Part shown: in pieces, positions 11,401-24,579 of the stretch | How the letters are laid out: each line of letters opens with the position of its first letter | Position numbering within the stretch: position 1 is the stretch's first letter | Assembly: GCA_013239625.1 (NCBI GenBank) | Contig: MU053881.1 | Coordinates: 5,105,957 to 5,169,956, forward strand | DNA length: 64,000 nt | From: Lama guanicoe | Taxonomy: Eukaryota | Direction of reading: 5' to 3' | Notes under the pieces: model-generated | The model's database searches: none | Told to the model about the DNA's origin: nothing | What the model saw: the letters and a program-made list of their open reading frames with translations, nothing else | Program-made: the position numbers and the translations under genes

Positions 11401-14322
11401 GTCACTTTAGCCAGTCCTTGCCCCCCCGCCCCGGGCCTCCGTTTTCCCGTTGGAGTGATGATGCCAGGGAGAGTCGGGTGGCCTGGAAAGGTCCATTCAG
11501 CTGGCTGAGACAGTGGGGCTGCGACCTGCCTGAGACCCCCGACCAGGCATGAGGGTCCAGAGGGTGGCCTGCTCCCAGTCTGGCCCTGCCTGGGGCTCAG
11601 GCTGTCTCAGATCCTGGGCCAGCTCCATCCCATGCTGGCTCACGGGGTGGCATCAAATGTTCCCATGAGTCCTTCCTTCAAGCTGACAACCTCACACCTC
11701 CATCATGACCCAGGAGAGGTCTCCCTTTGTCTGTGTCCTCAGGCAGATCCCCAGCATCAAAACACTGCTGAAGACACTGGGCGGGGCTTTCTGAAGTCTC
11801 TTTGCAGACATCTTCTCATTTCAGATTAATAAAATTCTAAATTCTGAATTAATAATTCAAAATGATAATGCAATTACTATTTACAGAGTTGCAGATGCAG
11901 GGGCCTTTCTACGTGTCTCTAATCCTCGCAGTGGTCCTCTCATGGTATTAGTATGGTTCCTATTGCATTTTGTGATGAGGAGACAGGTTCCAAGAGGTAG
12001 AGGCAACTATGTAAGGTCACAGAGCTGGGCAGGGACAGAGCTGGCAAATGGAGGTGTCGTGTCTGATTCCAGGGCCCAGGTTATTTCCTTAGAGAGGAAA
12101 TAACCTCATTGGCTCTTCCTTCATCCAGAGCACCCACTCTGTGCCAGGCACCCTACTAGGCGCTAGGGCGCACAGTGAACGGGCCAGGTCTGCTCCCTGT
12201 GTGGATCTATAAGAAGCCTGAGAGGTAGTAATATTCCTCATCAGAGGCAAAATGAAAGCTCTCTCCACGTCGACGCCACTCCTCCCAGCTCCACCATGTA
12301 CATTGTGACCTTGGGCAACCCCCTTCCCTCCCTGTGCCCCTGTCCCGTGGCTGTAATATGGGGATACGAATCATTTCTGCCCTCTTGGGTTGTTGTGAAG
12401 AATCAGTTAGGAAACGCACACCCACATCCAGCAGTTAGGACAGAGACCGGACCAGGGAAGGTGCTCGGTACCCCGTCAAAGCCTGTCCTTAGTCTGTCTG
12501 CAAGGATGCTCAGCAAAAGCTGTTGTCCCTTCAGCCCCAAGGCACTGAGGGGCCAGGCCTCCAAGGCCACAGAGTAATTGGTGACACCAAAGTGCAGCCC
12601 TCGAGGGTCCCAGAAGGCTGTTCTCTTCCCCCTGAGTCCTCTGGCACCTGCCTCCTGTGACCTTTCCCCTCCGGGTTCTGGAACGGAGGGCCGCGAGATG
12701 AGGGGTTAAGCAGTTGCTGGCAGGGCAGCAGACACTTCAGGAACTGCAGGGCTGAGAGGACTTCTAAGAAAGAGGGAGGCGGGAAGGGACACACTTGTCC
12801 CGGCCTGAGGACCAGAGGTCAGCCTGGCTCCCGGCCCAGAGCCTGGCTCTCAAGGGGCCTCGTGTCCAGTCCAGCCTGGCTCAGTCCCTGCACGCGGTCT
12901 TCAAGGCAGAGGCGGGTGGCGATCCACCTCCATCCAGAGCTTCTCCTGGCTTTCCTGGTAGAGCTGCCCGAGGCCGAGGCCTGGGGTGAGGCGGCCAGGG
13001 CTGGGAAGGCAGCCCTCTGCCCTCGTCACCATTCAGGTCCTCCTGAGTCGGGTTTGCCTTCGCGGGCAGGGGTCTTGAAGTCCCGCCCGGCTCTGCCCCT
13101 TTTGTGGGGACACAGGTCAAGTTCCCAGATAACTCTGAGTCCCAATTCTCTTGTCTGTAAATGGGGCAAATAATAGCATTGCCACCTGGAGGAGGGGCGG
13201 TGAAGCCTTAATTTCTCCAAGTAGCATGATGGAGCTGGTGTTCCAGTGATGCCAGGCCCGGGTCCTACAGGTGGGACACAAGTGATGGGGCCTCAGCATT
13301 TTTAGGGCTGGGGCTGGCATTTCTCAGTGCTCTGTGTCTCTGGGGGGGTCGCGTCTGGGTCACGGGCATCACCAGGGCCTGTTCTCTGTCTAGCGGGGAG
13401 AGCATCAGGCAGAGTCCCTGGGACGCTGTGGGTCGGGGGCTGACCACAGCCTAACTCGTTCTGTGGGATCCTGAAATGCAGGGCTGTGTGTGGTTGAGGA
13501 CCAGCACCCAGGTGCCCTGAGCCGGCCACTGTACCCTCAGTAGTAGCTGGGGGAGGCCTGCCGGGGCCCTCACAGAGCATCATGTGGTGGTAGGCTCTCT
13601 GCACCCCAGTCTGAAAGGCCCAGAAGGAGGGCCAGGTGGTTCTGTCAGTGGGCGGTCACCGGGATGATTCAGCCCCAGGACCATGACCCAGTGGAGCCCC
13701 GAGGCTGGATGCGGGAACCCCGGGATCCTGGCCGCCCCCGACCCCCAGGGCCTGCTCCACTAACTCCCTGCTACTCTGCCCCACTGCAGGGGACCGGCCT
13801 TGTGGCCAGGAAGGGGCTCGGGGAGTTTTGAAGGAATTTTGGAGGGCCAAGCCAGGCAGCTCAGCCCCCGCCGGCTTCCGCTCACTGACTCAGCCCTCAC
13901 CTTGACCTTTCCTTCCCACTGGCTATTTCTGGGTGTTTCCTGTCCCCTAAATAGGTAAAGAAAAGGGAAGCGAAAGAAGCTCAATCCGTGGCTTCTTTAA
14001 CAGCTGGCAAATCATTTTCTTTATTATTAATTTTTAAAAAGACACGTGCTTGAGAAGCACATGGACTGGAAAATGGAAGTGCCTCCTGCCCCCACCTCGA
14101 TCCGCCCTCCGGAAGGACCCCCCGCGTGAGTTTGGCTGGGGTCGCACCAGCTCTGTCGCCTGGGGTTGATTACAGGCCCACATGTACACACGGTCTTTGA
14201 GAAAAAAATCAAGGAAGCCATTCTATATACATCAATCACTGAATGGACATAGAGTGGGCATCTACTATGTGCCCACTGCCTTTTCCCCTTTAATGCTGGA
14301 CATTAAAGGTAATCCTTTAGGT

Positions 14323-14478
14323 CAGTGCTTTTCAGCCCTGGCTGGACACCGGAACCTTTAGGAAGATTTGTAAAGCCCCAGGCCCCAGGCCCCACCCTAG
14401 GCAAGTTACACTGGAAGCACTGGTACTGAGACCCAGGCCTGGGGGGTCAACTGTGGAGTCAGGGCCGAGAGCCCTGCT
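14323..14478. mobile_element. MER5A-like hAT-Charlie DNA transposon fossil
   Basis: Starts cagtgcttttcagccctggctg, internal ccaggccccacccta, ends gagagccctgctg, resembling MER5A termini (from memory). Confidence 0.55.
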
Positions 14479-15004
14479 GTGGGCGCCTCCCAGCACCTGG
14501 GAGCAGGGACCGGCCCACCTCGTGTTATGTGGGGTGGGAGCTAATGTGGCCAGGAGTCTCTGCTTTCAAATCTGACAGTGCTGCTTTCTGTCTGGGAAAA
14601 AGAAAGGAAAAAAAAAAAGACTTGTTTTAAGTTGCAGAAATATCCCTTTATTTTATCAGAATGTCATCATGTCTCTCTTTCTCCTGGGGAAGGTTACTGT
14701 GTCAGCACCAGGACCAGGGTGGGTTGAAGGTTTTTCTGCTCATTAATCAAAGAATGCTGTCTGTTAGGAGCTGGAAGATGCCACTTCCTGGGACCCAGCG
14801 ATGGTCGGTCTGGCTGTGAAGAGCCTCCCCAGTTTATCCTCGAGCAAGCAAGCCCAGGGGTCACCTACTGTGTTCATTTCCACAGGAAGAATTTTATAAA
14901 CACTCACCCTCCTTCTAGAACTTGGTGTTTTGACAATTAGGAGCTTACTAATAGTGTGTCTGTCTGTCCGTGCGGGTTTGTGCCTCTGTATATCTCTGGG
15001 TCTC

Positions 15005-15024
15005 TGTGTGTGTGTGTGTGTGTG
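15005..15024. repeat. (TG)10 microsatellite
   Basis: Directly visible. Confidence 0.9.
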
Positions 15025-16329
15025 GTCCAGAGAGCATGTCTCCCTCACCTTGTGCCCCTAGCATCCCGGCTGGTGTGGCCTGTGGTGCGTGTCAGTAAAT
15101 ATCTCCCAAATAAAAGGACCCTGAATAGGCAGCTCTGTTTGTGAGATGCTGACTCCAGGCCCTGGGCCGAGTGCTTCCCTGGCTCTGCCTCATCCCGCCT
15201 CCAAAGTGACCCCGGTAGGAGGTGTCCCTGCCACTCTCCCGCCCCAGGTGAGGAATGGAGGCTCGGAGGCCAAGGAAGTTGAGGTAGTGGGTGGCACAGT
15301 CACGGTCACTCTGTATCCTGCCTGTCCTTCACGGCCCGGCACCCCTGCCACCAGACGGACAGCTGTGACCTTGGGTGATTGCGTGCTTTACCTCTCAGGG
15401 CCAGCAGCATTAGGGGAGGAAACAGTGATCCTGACACTAATTTGTGCACATTTCATACGTAAATTTCATACATAAATTACTCTGCATCACCGTGGTGCGA
15501 CTTTGCTCTGTGAACTCATCCTCACACTCCCAAGTGAAGTGAGTTCTATTATTATCCTGTTGACACAAGTCCTCCCGGTCATTACTCTGCCCGCAGCCTC
15601 CACGCTCCTGCCCCGCTCAGTGCCTGCGGAGCCCTACCCGGTCTGGCCACACTGCCTCCTGCCTCCCCGTCTCTCTCCCCAACTCCCTCCTGTCCCCTCC
15701 TTCCTCTCCCCTCCCCTTCTTCTCTGTCACAGGCCATATTTTGTCACCCAGACACATCAGCTTCCCCAGCCAAGGTCTTCATTTACCTGTATCTTCTCTC
15801 CTCCTACCTCCTATTCTCTGCCAACTTTTTAAAAGGAAGAATAAATTGTTTCCCCGCTTCATTTCATGGTGGGCTTTTCTTCCTTCTGCCTAGCGTTCTC
15901 TCTTATTTACAGGATACAGTCGCATTGTCTGAAATACAGGGGACTTCTCTCTTTCTTTGTTATTATTCTCACCCTCATGGAGGTCTTAATCAAAGACCTC
16001 ACGAATGGGATCAAATGCTCTCTCTGCCTGGCTCTGCCTTTCCAACTACACTTCTTCATCACCTTAGCAAGCCTGCCTTGAGTCATATCAGCTGGACTTC
16101 GTTCTAGGATTCTGAGAATAAACACTAGGTATTTGTCCTCGAGAAGCTTATACCGAAGAGGAAAGCCCAATGGGTAAATCAGTACGGATGCTACATAGAG
16201 GCCGTGCTGTGGAACCATGACCCAGAGCGCTCGGTGGCCAAAGGGTGGCATCTCCCCCAGCCTATCACGGCCCAGGAAGGGCTCCTGGGCCGAGTATAAA
16301 CTGAATCTCAACCTGAACCTTGGACCAAA

Positions 16330-18400
16330 GGTTTATTTAAAAAATAGCTTTATTGAAGTACATTTTAAATATCTTATTAAGTATACAATTCAATTTTTTT
16401 CGGTAATTTTACTAAGTAGTGCAACCATCACCATAAATCAACGTTAGAACCTTCGAATGGTCCCCCAGGTAGATCCCTCCCTCACGCCCATTTACAGGTA
16501 ATCCTCGTTCCCACCCAGCCCTGCACAACCACTGATCTACCTACTGTCTCTGTCAATTTGCTTCTTCTGAACATTTCATGTAAGTGGAATCATGCACTTG
16601 TGTCTGGCTTCTTCCAAGTATCACAACATCCTTGAGGTTCCTCCATATGGTGGCATCTGTCACTGGTTTGTTCCTTTCTATTGCTGAATAGTGTTCCTGT
16701 GTGTGGATTGACCACACGTCACCCCTTCCTTTCATTAACCAGTTGATGGACATTTAGGTTGTTTCCAGTTTTTGACTGTTATGAATAATGCCGCTACAAA
16801 CACTGACTCACTAATCTTTGAATGAACATATGTCTTTGTTTCTTTTAGGTGGATACCTAGGAGTGGAACTGCTGGGTCACATGCAACTTTATGTCTAAGT
16901 TTTTGAGGAACCACCAAACGATTCTCCAAAGGTGCTGCCCCATTTTATATTCCACCTGCAGTGTACGAAGGTTTTATTTCTCCACACCTTAGCTAACATT
17001 TGTTATTATCTGTTGTTTTGATCATAGTCATTCTAGTGGGCGTGATATAGATCTCATCTTACATTTGCATTTCCTTAATGACTAGTGGTGTTGAGCACCT
17101 GTTCATGTGCTTATCACCTACTGACACATCTCCCTTGGAGAGATCTCTGTTCATATTGTTTGCTCATCTTTTGACTGAGTTGTTTGTCTTATTATTGAGC
17201 TGTAGAAGTTCTTTGTAAGTGCTGGATACAAGTCCTTTATGAAATTTGTTTTTGCAAATATTTTGTCCTAGTCTATTGTCTACCTTTTCATTTTCTTAAT
17301 GGTGGCTCTTAGGCACAACAATTTTGAATCATGACAAATTCCAGTCATCAATTTTTTATTTTATAAACCATGCTACGGCAGCTTTGTCTGACACAGAAGT
17401 TTGAAGATTTTTTTTCCCCTGTGTATTCTTTTGAAAGTTGTATAGTTTTAGCTCCTACATTTAAGTCAATGATCCATTTTGAGTTAATTTTTGTGTATGG
17501 TGTGAGGTAAGGGTCTGTTTGCAAGCAGATAGATAGCCAATTGTTATGGCACTGTTTGTTTTTTTATTTATATAAATTTTTTTTTGATGGAGATACTGGG
17601 GATTGAACCCAGGACCTTGTACATACTAAGCATTTGCTCTACCCCTGAGCTACACCCTCCCACCATTATGGCACTGTTTGTTAAACAGACTATCCTTTTC
17701 TCCAATGAACTGCCTTGGCATTGTTGTCAAAAATCAATTGACCATAAACGTAAGGGTTTATTTCCGGACTCTCAATTCTGTTCCATTGAGCTATGTGCCA
17801 GCACCACAGTGTCTTGACAACTGTAGCTTTATAGTGAGTTTTGAAATCAAGAAGTGAAGGTCCTACAACTTTGTTCCTCTTTTTCAAGAATGTTTTGGCT
17901 ATTCTAGGTGTTTTCATTTCCATATAAATTTTAGGATCAGTTGGCTGATTTCTGGGAAAAAAAAGCCTGCTGGAATTTTGATAGGAGTTATGTGGACTCT
18001 CTAGAGCAGTTTGGGGACCATTGCCATCTTAATATTAAGTCTTGCCATCTAAGAACATGAACTGTCTCTCCATTTATTTAGAGATTTGATTGCCCTCAGT
18101 GAAGTTTTATAACAGTGTGCAAGTCTTGTGTTTGTTTTGTCAAATTTATTCCTAATTATTGAATTCTATTTGATACTATTATGAATGGAATTGTATTTTC
18201 AATTTCATATTTAGCTTGTTCATTGCTTACTATACAAAAATAAAATTGACTTCTGTATATGGTCTTGTACCCTGTGACCTTGTACTTGCTCAGAGTATGT
18301 CTTTTACATTCCTTAGGATTTTCTACATATGGGATCATGTCGTCTGAGAACGAGTCAGTGTACTTCTTCGTTTCCAATATGGATGCCTCTTGCCTGTTTC
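16330..18400 (-). mobile_element. Old L1 (L1MB-like), 3'UTR plus decayed ORF2
   Basis: Minus-strand ORF remnants [16 protein letters not shown]...[13 protein letters not shown]...[21 protein letters not shown] and FSDDMIPYVENPKE (RT F(A)DD motif) are L1 ORF2. Interrupted by a SINE at 17561-17665. Confidence 0.9.
17561..17665 (-). mobile_element. tRNA-derived SINE (same family as 8320)
   Basis: Reverse-complement head (ctggggattgaacccaggacc...cccctgagctacaccctccc); 17-bp TSD ttatggcactgtttgtt at 17544-17560 and 17666-17682. Confidence 0.9.
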
Positions 18401-21138
18401 TTGTTCCTGTGAGGCTTGTTCCTGTTTGGGGTGTCTGCCTGGGTTGTTCTCCCCCCACATACTCCATAGCTCGCTCCCTCACCTCCCTAGGTCTTTACTC
18501 AAATGTCAACCTCTTGTTGAGGGTTCTTGGAACACCCCCACTTACAACCCTCAACCCCTGCCCCACACTCCTAACCCTTTTCTTGCTCTTTATTTCTCCA
18601 AAGCAATGACCACCTCAGACTTTATACCTCTCTCCTCTCAAGATGGTCCTGAGAGTCCCAGGAACGAATAGTGTGCCTGGAAGGAGGGCATGAGCTGCTA
18701 CTTAGCCAGTGTCAGCTGAAGGAGGGTCCAGAAGGGGCGTTCTCTGGAGTACTCAGACCCCTGCCCCACCCTTCTTGGATGGGAGGGGAGGGTCTCTCTA
18801 TGAAGATGGGAAGACATTTAGGAGGCAGGGGATGGGGGTACCCAGGGAGGCTTATATATACCCACGCCTGCCTGACCACCCCAGCCACACCAAGACAAGG
18901 CCCTTGTTTGCGCTTGATTTCACCGAGATAGGAAATGCTGGCGTTCAGGAGATGGGGATGACTCCTCTAGCTGCTGACCCACCAGAGAGGATCCTGCCTT
19001 TGGAAATTCCACCCTGCCCCTTTCAACCGGGAAAATACATCCCCTATTTGCATGGGGTTAAGGAACAGGATCTCTTTCCCCCTGGAACCCCTTACCTGGA
19101 GCTTGTCCCAGCACTAGGATTGAGGTGGGGCTAGGGACATCCCAGAGGGTGGGGGCTGCAGTGGAAGGAGCCCCCCACTGGGTAACCAGGCAATCCTGGG
19201 TCCTAGTCCTGCTCTGTGTCTTTGCAGCAGAGTGAACTTGAGCCAGGTTCAAAAAAATAAATAATTTTTTTTATTGTAGTCAAATACACATAGTAAAAAA
19301 TTTATCATCTTAACCATTTGTAAGTGTAGAGTTCAGTAGCATTAAGTACATTCCCATTGCTGTGCACCCCAAGAAGTTATTATCCTTTAAAAAGTACTGT
19401 CCTTTCTCCACACTCCCCTCTGGTGCTCCACAGCTGTGCCGGGTGTCACCCTCTGCTCTTGTTCTTGTCTTCTGGAGTGGCCAGATCATTTATGTGTTCC
19501 TCTCTCTCCCAGGCTGGGATGGTATGTCACTCAGCTCCTTGTCCCTAGTGTCCTGCACAGGTCTGGCACAGAGTGCATGTTCCATTAAAAGGAGTGAGTT
19601 CAAGTCACTGAAGCCATTTGCGTGGGCTCCCAGGGCGGCTTGGCCGGAGCACTGATGGGGAACACGGATGCGGACCGCCTGGAACCACGCATGTCTCTCC
19701 AGATTGTGCATCCAGGTCACTTAACCCTCCCGAAAACTTTGGAGGAGGACGCTAGTCATCCGATTTTTGGAGGTGAGGAACCTGGCGTAAAGAGAGGACA
19801 TGCGACTTGCCCCAGCAGAGCCCTTTGAGGTTACTGGCAGAGCTGGGATTTGAACTCAGGCGCTGGGGCAGGGCTACACCATTTTTCTTTAAATCATGAA
19901 CCATTTTAATTTTTAAATTGATGCAAGCACTCTACACTGTTAAATACACCTTGAAAGTGATTCAATTTTGCTTCAGTTGTTAAGTTCTCTTTTATCAGCA
20001 CAGCTTGATTTAAGGAATACCATAACTTTCCACTGAGGGGTTGCGAGGTGAATCAGCAGACTGAATGAACAATTGCTTTATTACAGTCTCCTCGTTCTTT
20101 GTCCTTAAGTGGTATCTGAAATTACTGAGTCTAAATTAGAGAACAGACCATTGGCCCTTATAAATAGCTGGTACTTATAAGATGCATTACAAAGATCCCT
20201 GCTAGTCCTTTGGATAGTGGTTCATTAAGTAAAATAACTTAGTCCGATTTAATAACAGTTCACCTTAAGGCTGTTTCTGCAAATCCTATTAGCGACTCTC
20301 TAAGGGACTGGCTCAGGCTAAAATCAACGGGCTGAGCTGGGAGGGTACAAATCTCCGTGGATTTGGCAGATTACCAGGGCCTCAGTTTACCCGTCTGTAA
20401 ATGGGGACCATAAAGCCTAATGAGTTGTCTGTTGAAGTCATGCCCGGTGCTCACAGTAAGCGCTGGATCATGTTCACAATTATTATTGTCTCAGCCGAGC
20501 CAGCTGCTCTTGCTAACGGCTGCCACTTCACCCCCAGTTCACCTTGAGGCCACGTGACTGGACCCCACATCTCAAATGAAAAATTTCAGGCATACAGAAA
20601 GGTTGAAAGAAGAATGCCACCCATGAACACCCTTACACCCACCACATAGACTCAGCGATTGCTCAGGTTGTGCCATTTTTAATTTATTTACTAGTGTGTG
20701 TATTTTCTTCTGAACATTTAGAGCAAGATGCTAATCTCATGAACTTTTACCGCCAAATACTTCAGCACTTATCTCTCAAGAACAAGACGCTCTCTTAAGC
20801 AACTACCAAAATCACCACTTCCACAATATCATGTAACATCCAATCCATATTCTAATTTCTCTTCACAGCAGAGGCGGGAACCACCAAATTTTTGGACTTT
20901 TGCCAACCCGAAGGATGCGAGTCTCTCAGAGTAGTTAGGATTTTCTCGTCTCTTAACGATGATTACGAACGAGCACCTTCTCTTGCTCAGGGGCTTCCTA
21001 CAGCTCTGTGAACCGTCTGCTTGTAGTTTTTGCCCATTTTAAAATCATACTTTTGGTTTTTTCACCTCTATTTTTAAGTACTCCTTAAATATTGGTGAAA
21101 TTAGCCTTTGTCTATGTTACAGATATTGTCTCCCATTT

Positions 21139-21259
21139 TTAAAATGTTATTTATTTTTTTTTAATTGAAACACAGTCAGTTACAACGTGACCATCTCTGG
21201 TGCACAGCACAATGTCCCAGCCATGCATATACATACGTATATATTCGTTTTCATATTCT
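21139..21259 (-). mobile_element. Short 5'-truncated young L1 3' end
   Basis: Same sequence as 6641-6774; 13-bp TSD ttgtctcccattt at 21126-21138 and 21260-21272. Confidence 0.85.
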
Positions 21260-21616
21260 TTGTCTCCCATTTGTGTGTGTGTGTGTTTTTAAACTTTGCT
21301 TGTGGAGTTTTTTGTTAGTTTGCCTAGAGTTTTCTTTTTAATTCAGCTTTAATTTTTATATAGTTGAATTTATCAAGTTTTCTTTTATTGTTTCTAGATT
21401 TTTAGTCCCACATTGAAAGACTTTCCTCACTCCTGGGTTATAAACGAATCCCCTCCTGTTTTCTTCTCCAAGTTGGAAGATTTCATTATAAAAATCTAAA
21501 TCTCTGGTCCATTTCGTATTTATTCAAGTGTTTGGTGTGAAGCATGAGTGCACTTTTATCTTTTTTCCAAATGGCTGTCCTATTGTCCCAAGATCACTAA
21601 TTAAAAATTCCATCAC

Positions 21617-21757
21617 AGGGGGAGGGGATAGCTCAGTGGTAGAGCGTGTACTTAGCATGCACAAGGTCTTGGGTTCAATCCCCAGCACTTCCATTAAATA
21701 AATGAATAAATAAACCTAGATATCTCCCTCCAAAAAAGATAAAATAAACAAAAATTT
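21617..21757 (+). mobile_element. tRNA-derived SINE (same family as 8320)
   Basis: gggatagctcagtggtagagcg...gggttcaatccccagcac; A-rich tail; TSD aaa(t/g)tccatcac at about 21604-21616 and 21758-21770. Confidence 0.9.
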
Positions 21758-22160
21758 TAAAGTCCATCACGTCCCAGTGATCTGAGATGTCACGTCTGTC
21801 ATACATCAAATTCCCATGTGTTCTTGGGCAAATTTCTGGGTTTTCTGTTCTGTTCCACTGTCTGGCTATTCTTGTTTCTAACTACACCATTTTGCTGGGG
21901 CTTTATGACACGTTTTCATATCTGGTGGGGCTTATCTGCACCCCATTAGTCTCCTTTTTTAGTTTCCCATGGCCTTTCTTGGTTATTATTTCATATCAAC
22001 TTTAGAATAACTTGTTTAACTCCAGGCAATAATAAAAAAAAAAAGCCCTCAGCATTTTCACGAGGATGACGCTAAATGGATATATTCACCTGGGCCGAAT
22101 GGACATATTTATGGTATTGAATATGCTATGATCAGGGGGCTATCTTTGGGGCACAGGCTC

Positions 22161-22537
22161 TGTTATGGGTTGAGTTATGTTCCCCTCCAAAGATAAGCTT
22201 AAGTCCTAATCCGCAAGTACCTCGGAATGTGACCTTTTTTGGAAACAGGGCCTTTACACAGGTCATCAAGTTAAAATGAGGTCATTAGGGTGGGACCTAA
22301 CCCAATGTGACTGGTGAAGATGAAGGCAGAGATTGGCGTGATGCTTCCACAAGCCGAACACCAGGAGCTGCGGGAGAGGCCTGGGACGTGCTCCCTCACG
22401 GCCTCGGAAGGAACTGACCCGGCCAATACCTCGGGCTTGGACTTCTGGCTTTCAGAACTGTGGGACAATCGGTTTCTGTTGTTTTAAGTCACTCGGCTCA
22501 CTGTACTTTGTTTTGCCAGCGCTAGCAATCTACTGCA
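22161..22537 (+). mobile_element. MaLR solo LTR (MLT1B/C-like)
   Basis: TG...CA ends; gaatgtgacctttttttggaaacagggcctttacacaggtcatcaagttaaaatgaggtcattagggtggg and ttggacttctggctttcagaactgtg are typical of MLT1. Confidence 0.8.
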
Positions 22538-23133
22538 GGACCCGCGGAGGATCTCTTAGGCTGGAAGTAAGCTGCCTGGCCTCAGCTTCAGGACATCGAG
22601 AAGCATTTGTGTGCTTCTCTGTCCCTGACCCCAAGCGAGCCCAATCAGGCCAGCTTCTTGCCTGCCTGAAGTTGGACGAGTGAACCAATGAACGTATTGG
22701 AAAGCCGGAGGTGTGACTTCACTCTCAATGGGTGGCCAGACCCGCTGAGGTCGCAGCCAGTGAATGAGTCATTTGTGCAATGTGGCTCAGTGAGTCAGGG
22801 AGGGCCAGGAAGAAAGCCCGAGTCTGGGGCCTAGTTCCTTTCCCCTTTCCTTTGAAATCTAAAAGCAGCCCCCTAAAAGTCAGCATCCCAAGACATAGAC
22901 AGTGACATGATGCAACACGCCACCCTAATGACACGCCTGCTGTGTGCTGCGGAGAGATAAGGACAAAGGGCTTAGAAAACAGACAGAGGGAGTGCCAGGC
23001 CCCCAGGCGCTCACTTGTTAATGTGCCTTTGGACAAGTTAGTTAACATCTCTGGGCCTTGGTTCCCTCATCACTTCATGTTGGGGTGGTAGTGGTCTCTG
23101 CCTCACAGAATTAGTGTCATGATCTAGGTGGAA

Positions 23134-23158
23134 ATATATATATATATATATATATATA
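23134..23158. repeat. (AT)n microsatellite
   Basis: Directly visible. Confidence 0.9.
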
Positions 23159-23234
23159 AAGCACTTGGCAAAGGGCCAGTCTCCTAGCAAGTGGTCAGGA
23201 CAGACTGGCAATTGTTATTAAGAAAAATTGCTCC

Positions 23235-23398
23235 CAAATAAGTTACCCCCAAAGGCAAATCGGTATGCACAATTCCTGAGTCGTCAGCTATGATTCTGAT
23301 CACACCACTGGTAACTCAAATAAGTTACCCCCAAAGGCAAATCGGTATGCACAATTCCTGAGTCGTCAGCTATGATTCTGATCACACCACTGGTAACT
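23235..23398. repeat. Perfect 82-bp tandem duplication
   Basis: 23235-23316 is identical to 23317-23398 (caaataagttaccccc...cactggtaact). Confidence 0.95.
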
Positions 23399-24579
23399 CT
23401 TCCTTTCTCTTCCTTCAGGGGAGAGTTTGGAATAGACAAACTATGACCTCATTTGCTCCCTCCAACATTAATTAATGTTTTCTAATTATGAAAAGGAAAT
23501 TATGTCTCAATTCATCCTCCATCTAAAAAAAAATTAACTAATAACAGAAAGTTGTCACTTCTCACTGCGGCGTCAGTTCACTGGCGGCTAAGGCGGGGCT
23601 CGGGGCCATGTTGGCCGCTGTGCCCTTGGTTCAGGGATAGGCCTGGGTGAGTCACGGAGGCCCTGCTTCTTCCTGGTCCCTCTCCTGGGCTCCTGGGCTC
23701 ATCTCCACGTGTTTATCCAACAAAACCTGCTTTGAGGGTGTGCTGGGGACCAAGAATGGCAAGAAACCGTGTCCTTGCTCCCAAGCTAGTGGGAGAAACA
23801 GAAGTGGTTAGTCCTGCGGACTGTTCACACAGGCTCCTAGGACTTTATCCGGTCCCACAGCGAATCTGGAGAGTTGGTCTCTTGGGGTTCTCACTGTCCC
23901 CTTTCTATAAGGCAGAAAACTGAGGCTCTCAGGGGCAAAGTGGTAGAAAATTGAGGCCCACCTCTCAGAGGTATTTCATCCAGACGTTTCTCTTCTACAT
24001 TAGTTTTTGTGTCCAGGTAAACATCCCCTCCTCTGGGCATCTTTCCCTCATCACTTTCTCCCAGTTGTGTGAGGGGCCCTTTTCTGACCTTTCCAATTTC
24101 TACCATGGCATTTAGCACCTGGGTTGAACAAGACTGTCCCCCTGCTAGAATGTGTGTTGACTGAATGACTGCAGTGTTCTAATTTCTGTCCATCTTAAAC
24201 CTTTCTACTTTACTGTATTCTCCTAGATCTAAGATCTACTAAGATCTAAGATTCTACTAGATCTAAGATGTCAGCAGTTCTGAGACCCCCCCCATTAATT
24301 TATGCACCATAAAGAAAGAGAAATGCTGGCAATTAACTATGTTAATTAACTCGGCTATTCCTCTGATTGTAAGTCATATTCCAATTTGAGGAATGTTAAA
24401 ATATGAAAAATATGCCTTAGGCTCAATGGAATATATTATAAAAGCAATGACTGCTTTTAAACACATCCTAGGGAAAGAAGATTTTATAAATATCCATCTG
24501 TTAATAATAACAGAGTTCACTAAACACTTACCCTGTGGCAGGTACTGTTTTAAAGTGCTTTTCATCCATGATTTTATAT

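Larger units (their letters stand above)
20575..22130 (-). mobile_element. Fragmented old L1 (L1MC/L1ME-like)
   Basis: T-rich L1-like antisense sequence (tttgcccatttt..., ttgtcccaagatcactaattaaaa, ctggattttctgttctgttcca-like); hosts two younger insertions. Confidence 0.6.

Noticed and set aside
16553..18482. Reverse-transcriptase-like ORFs as a functional retroelement or novel RT system
   Set aside because: Short, frameshifted L1 ORF2 remnants interrupted by a SINE.
23235..23398. Possible CRISPR-like or array repeat
   Set aside because: Only two abutting identical units with no spacers, in mammalian DNA.
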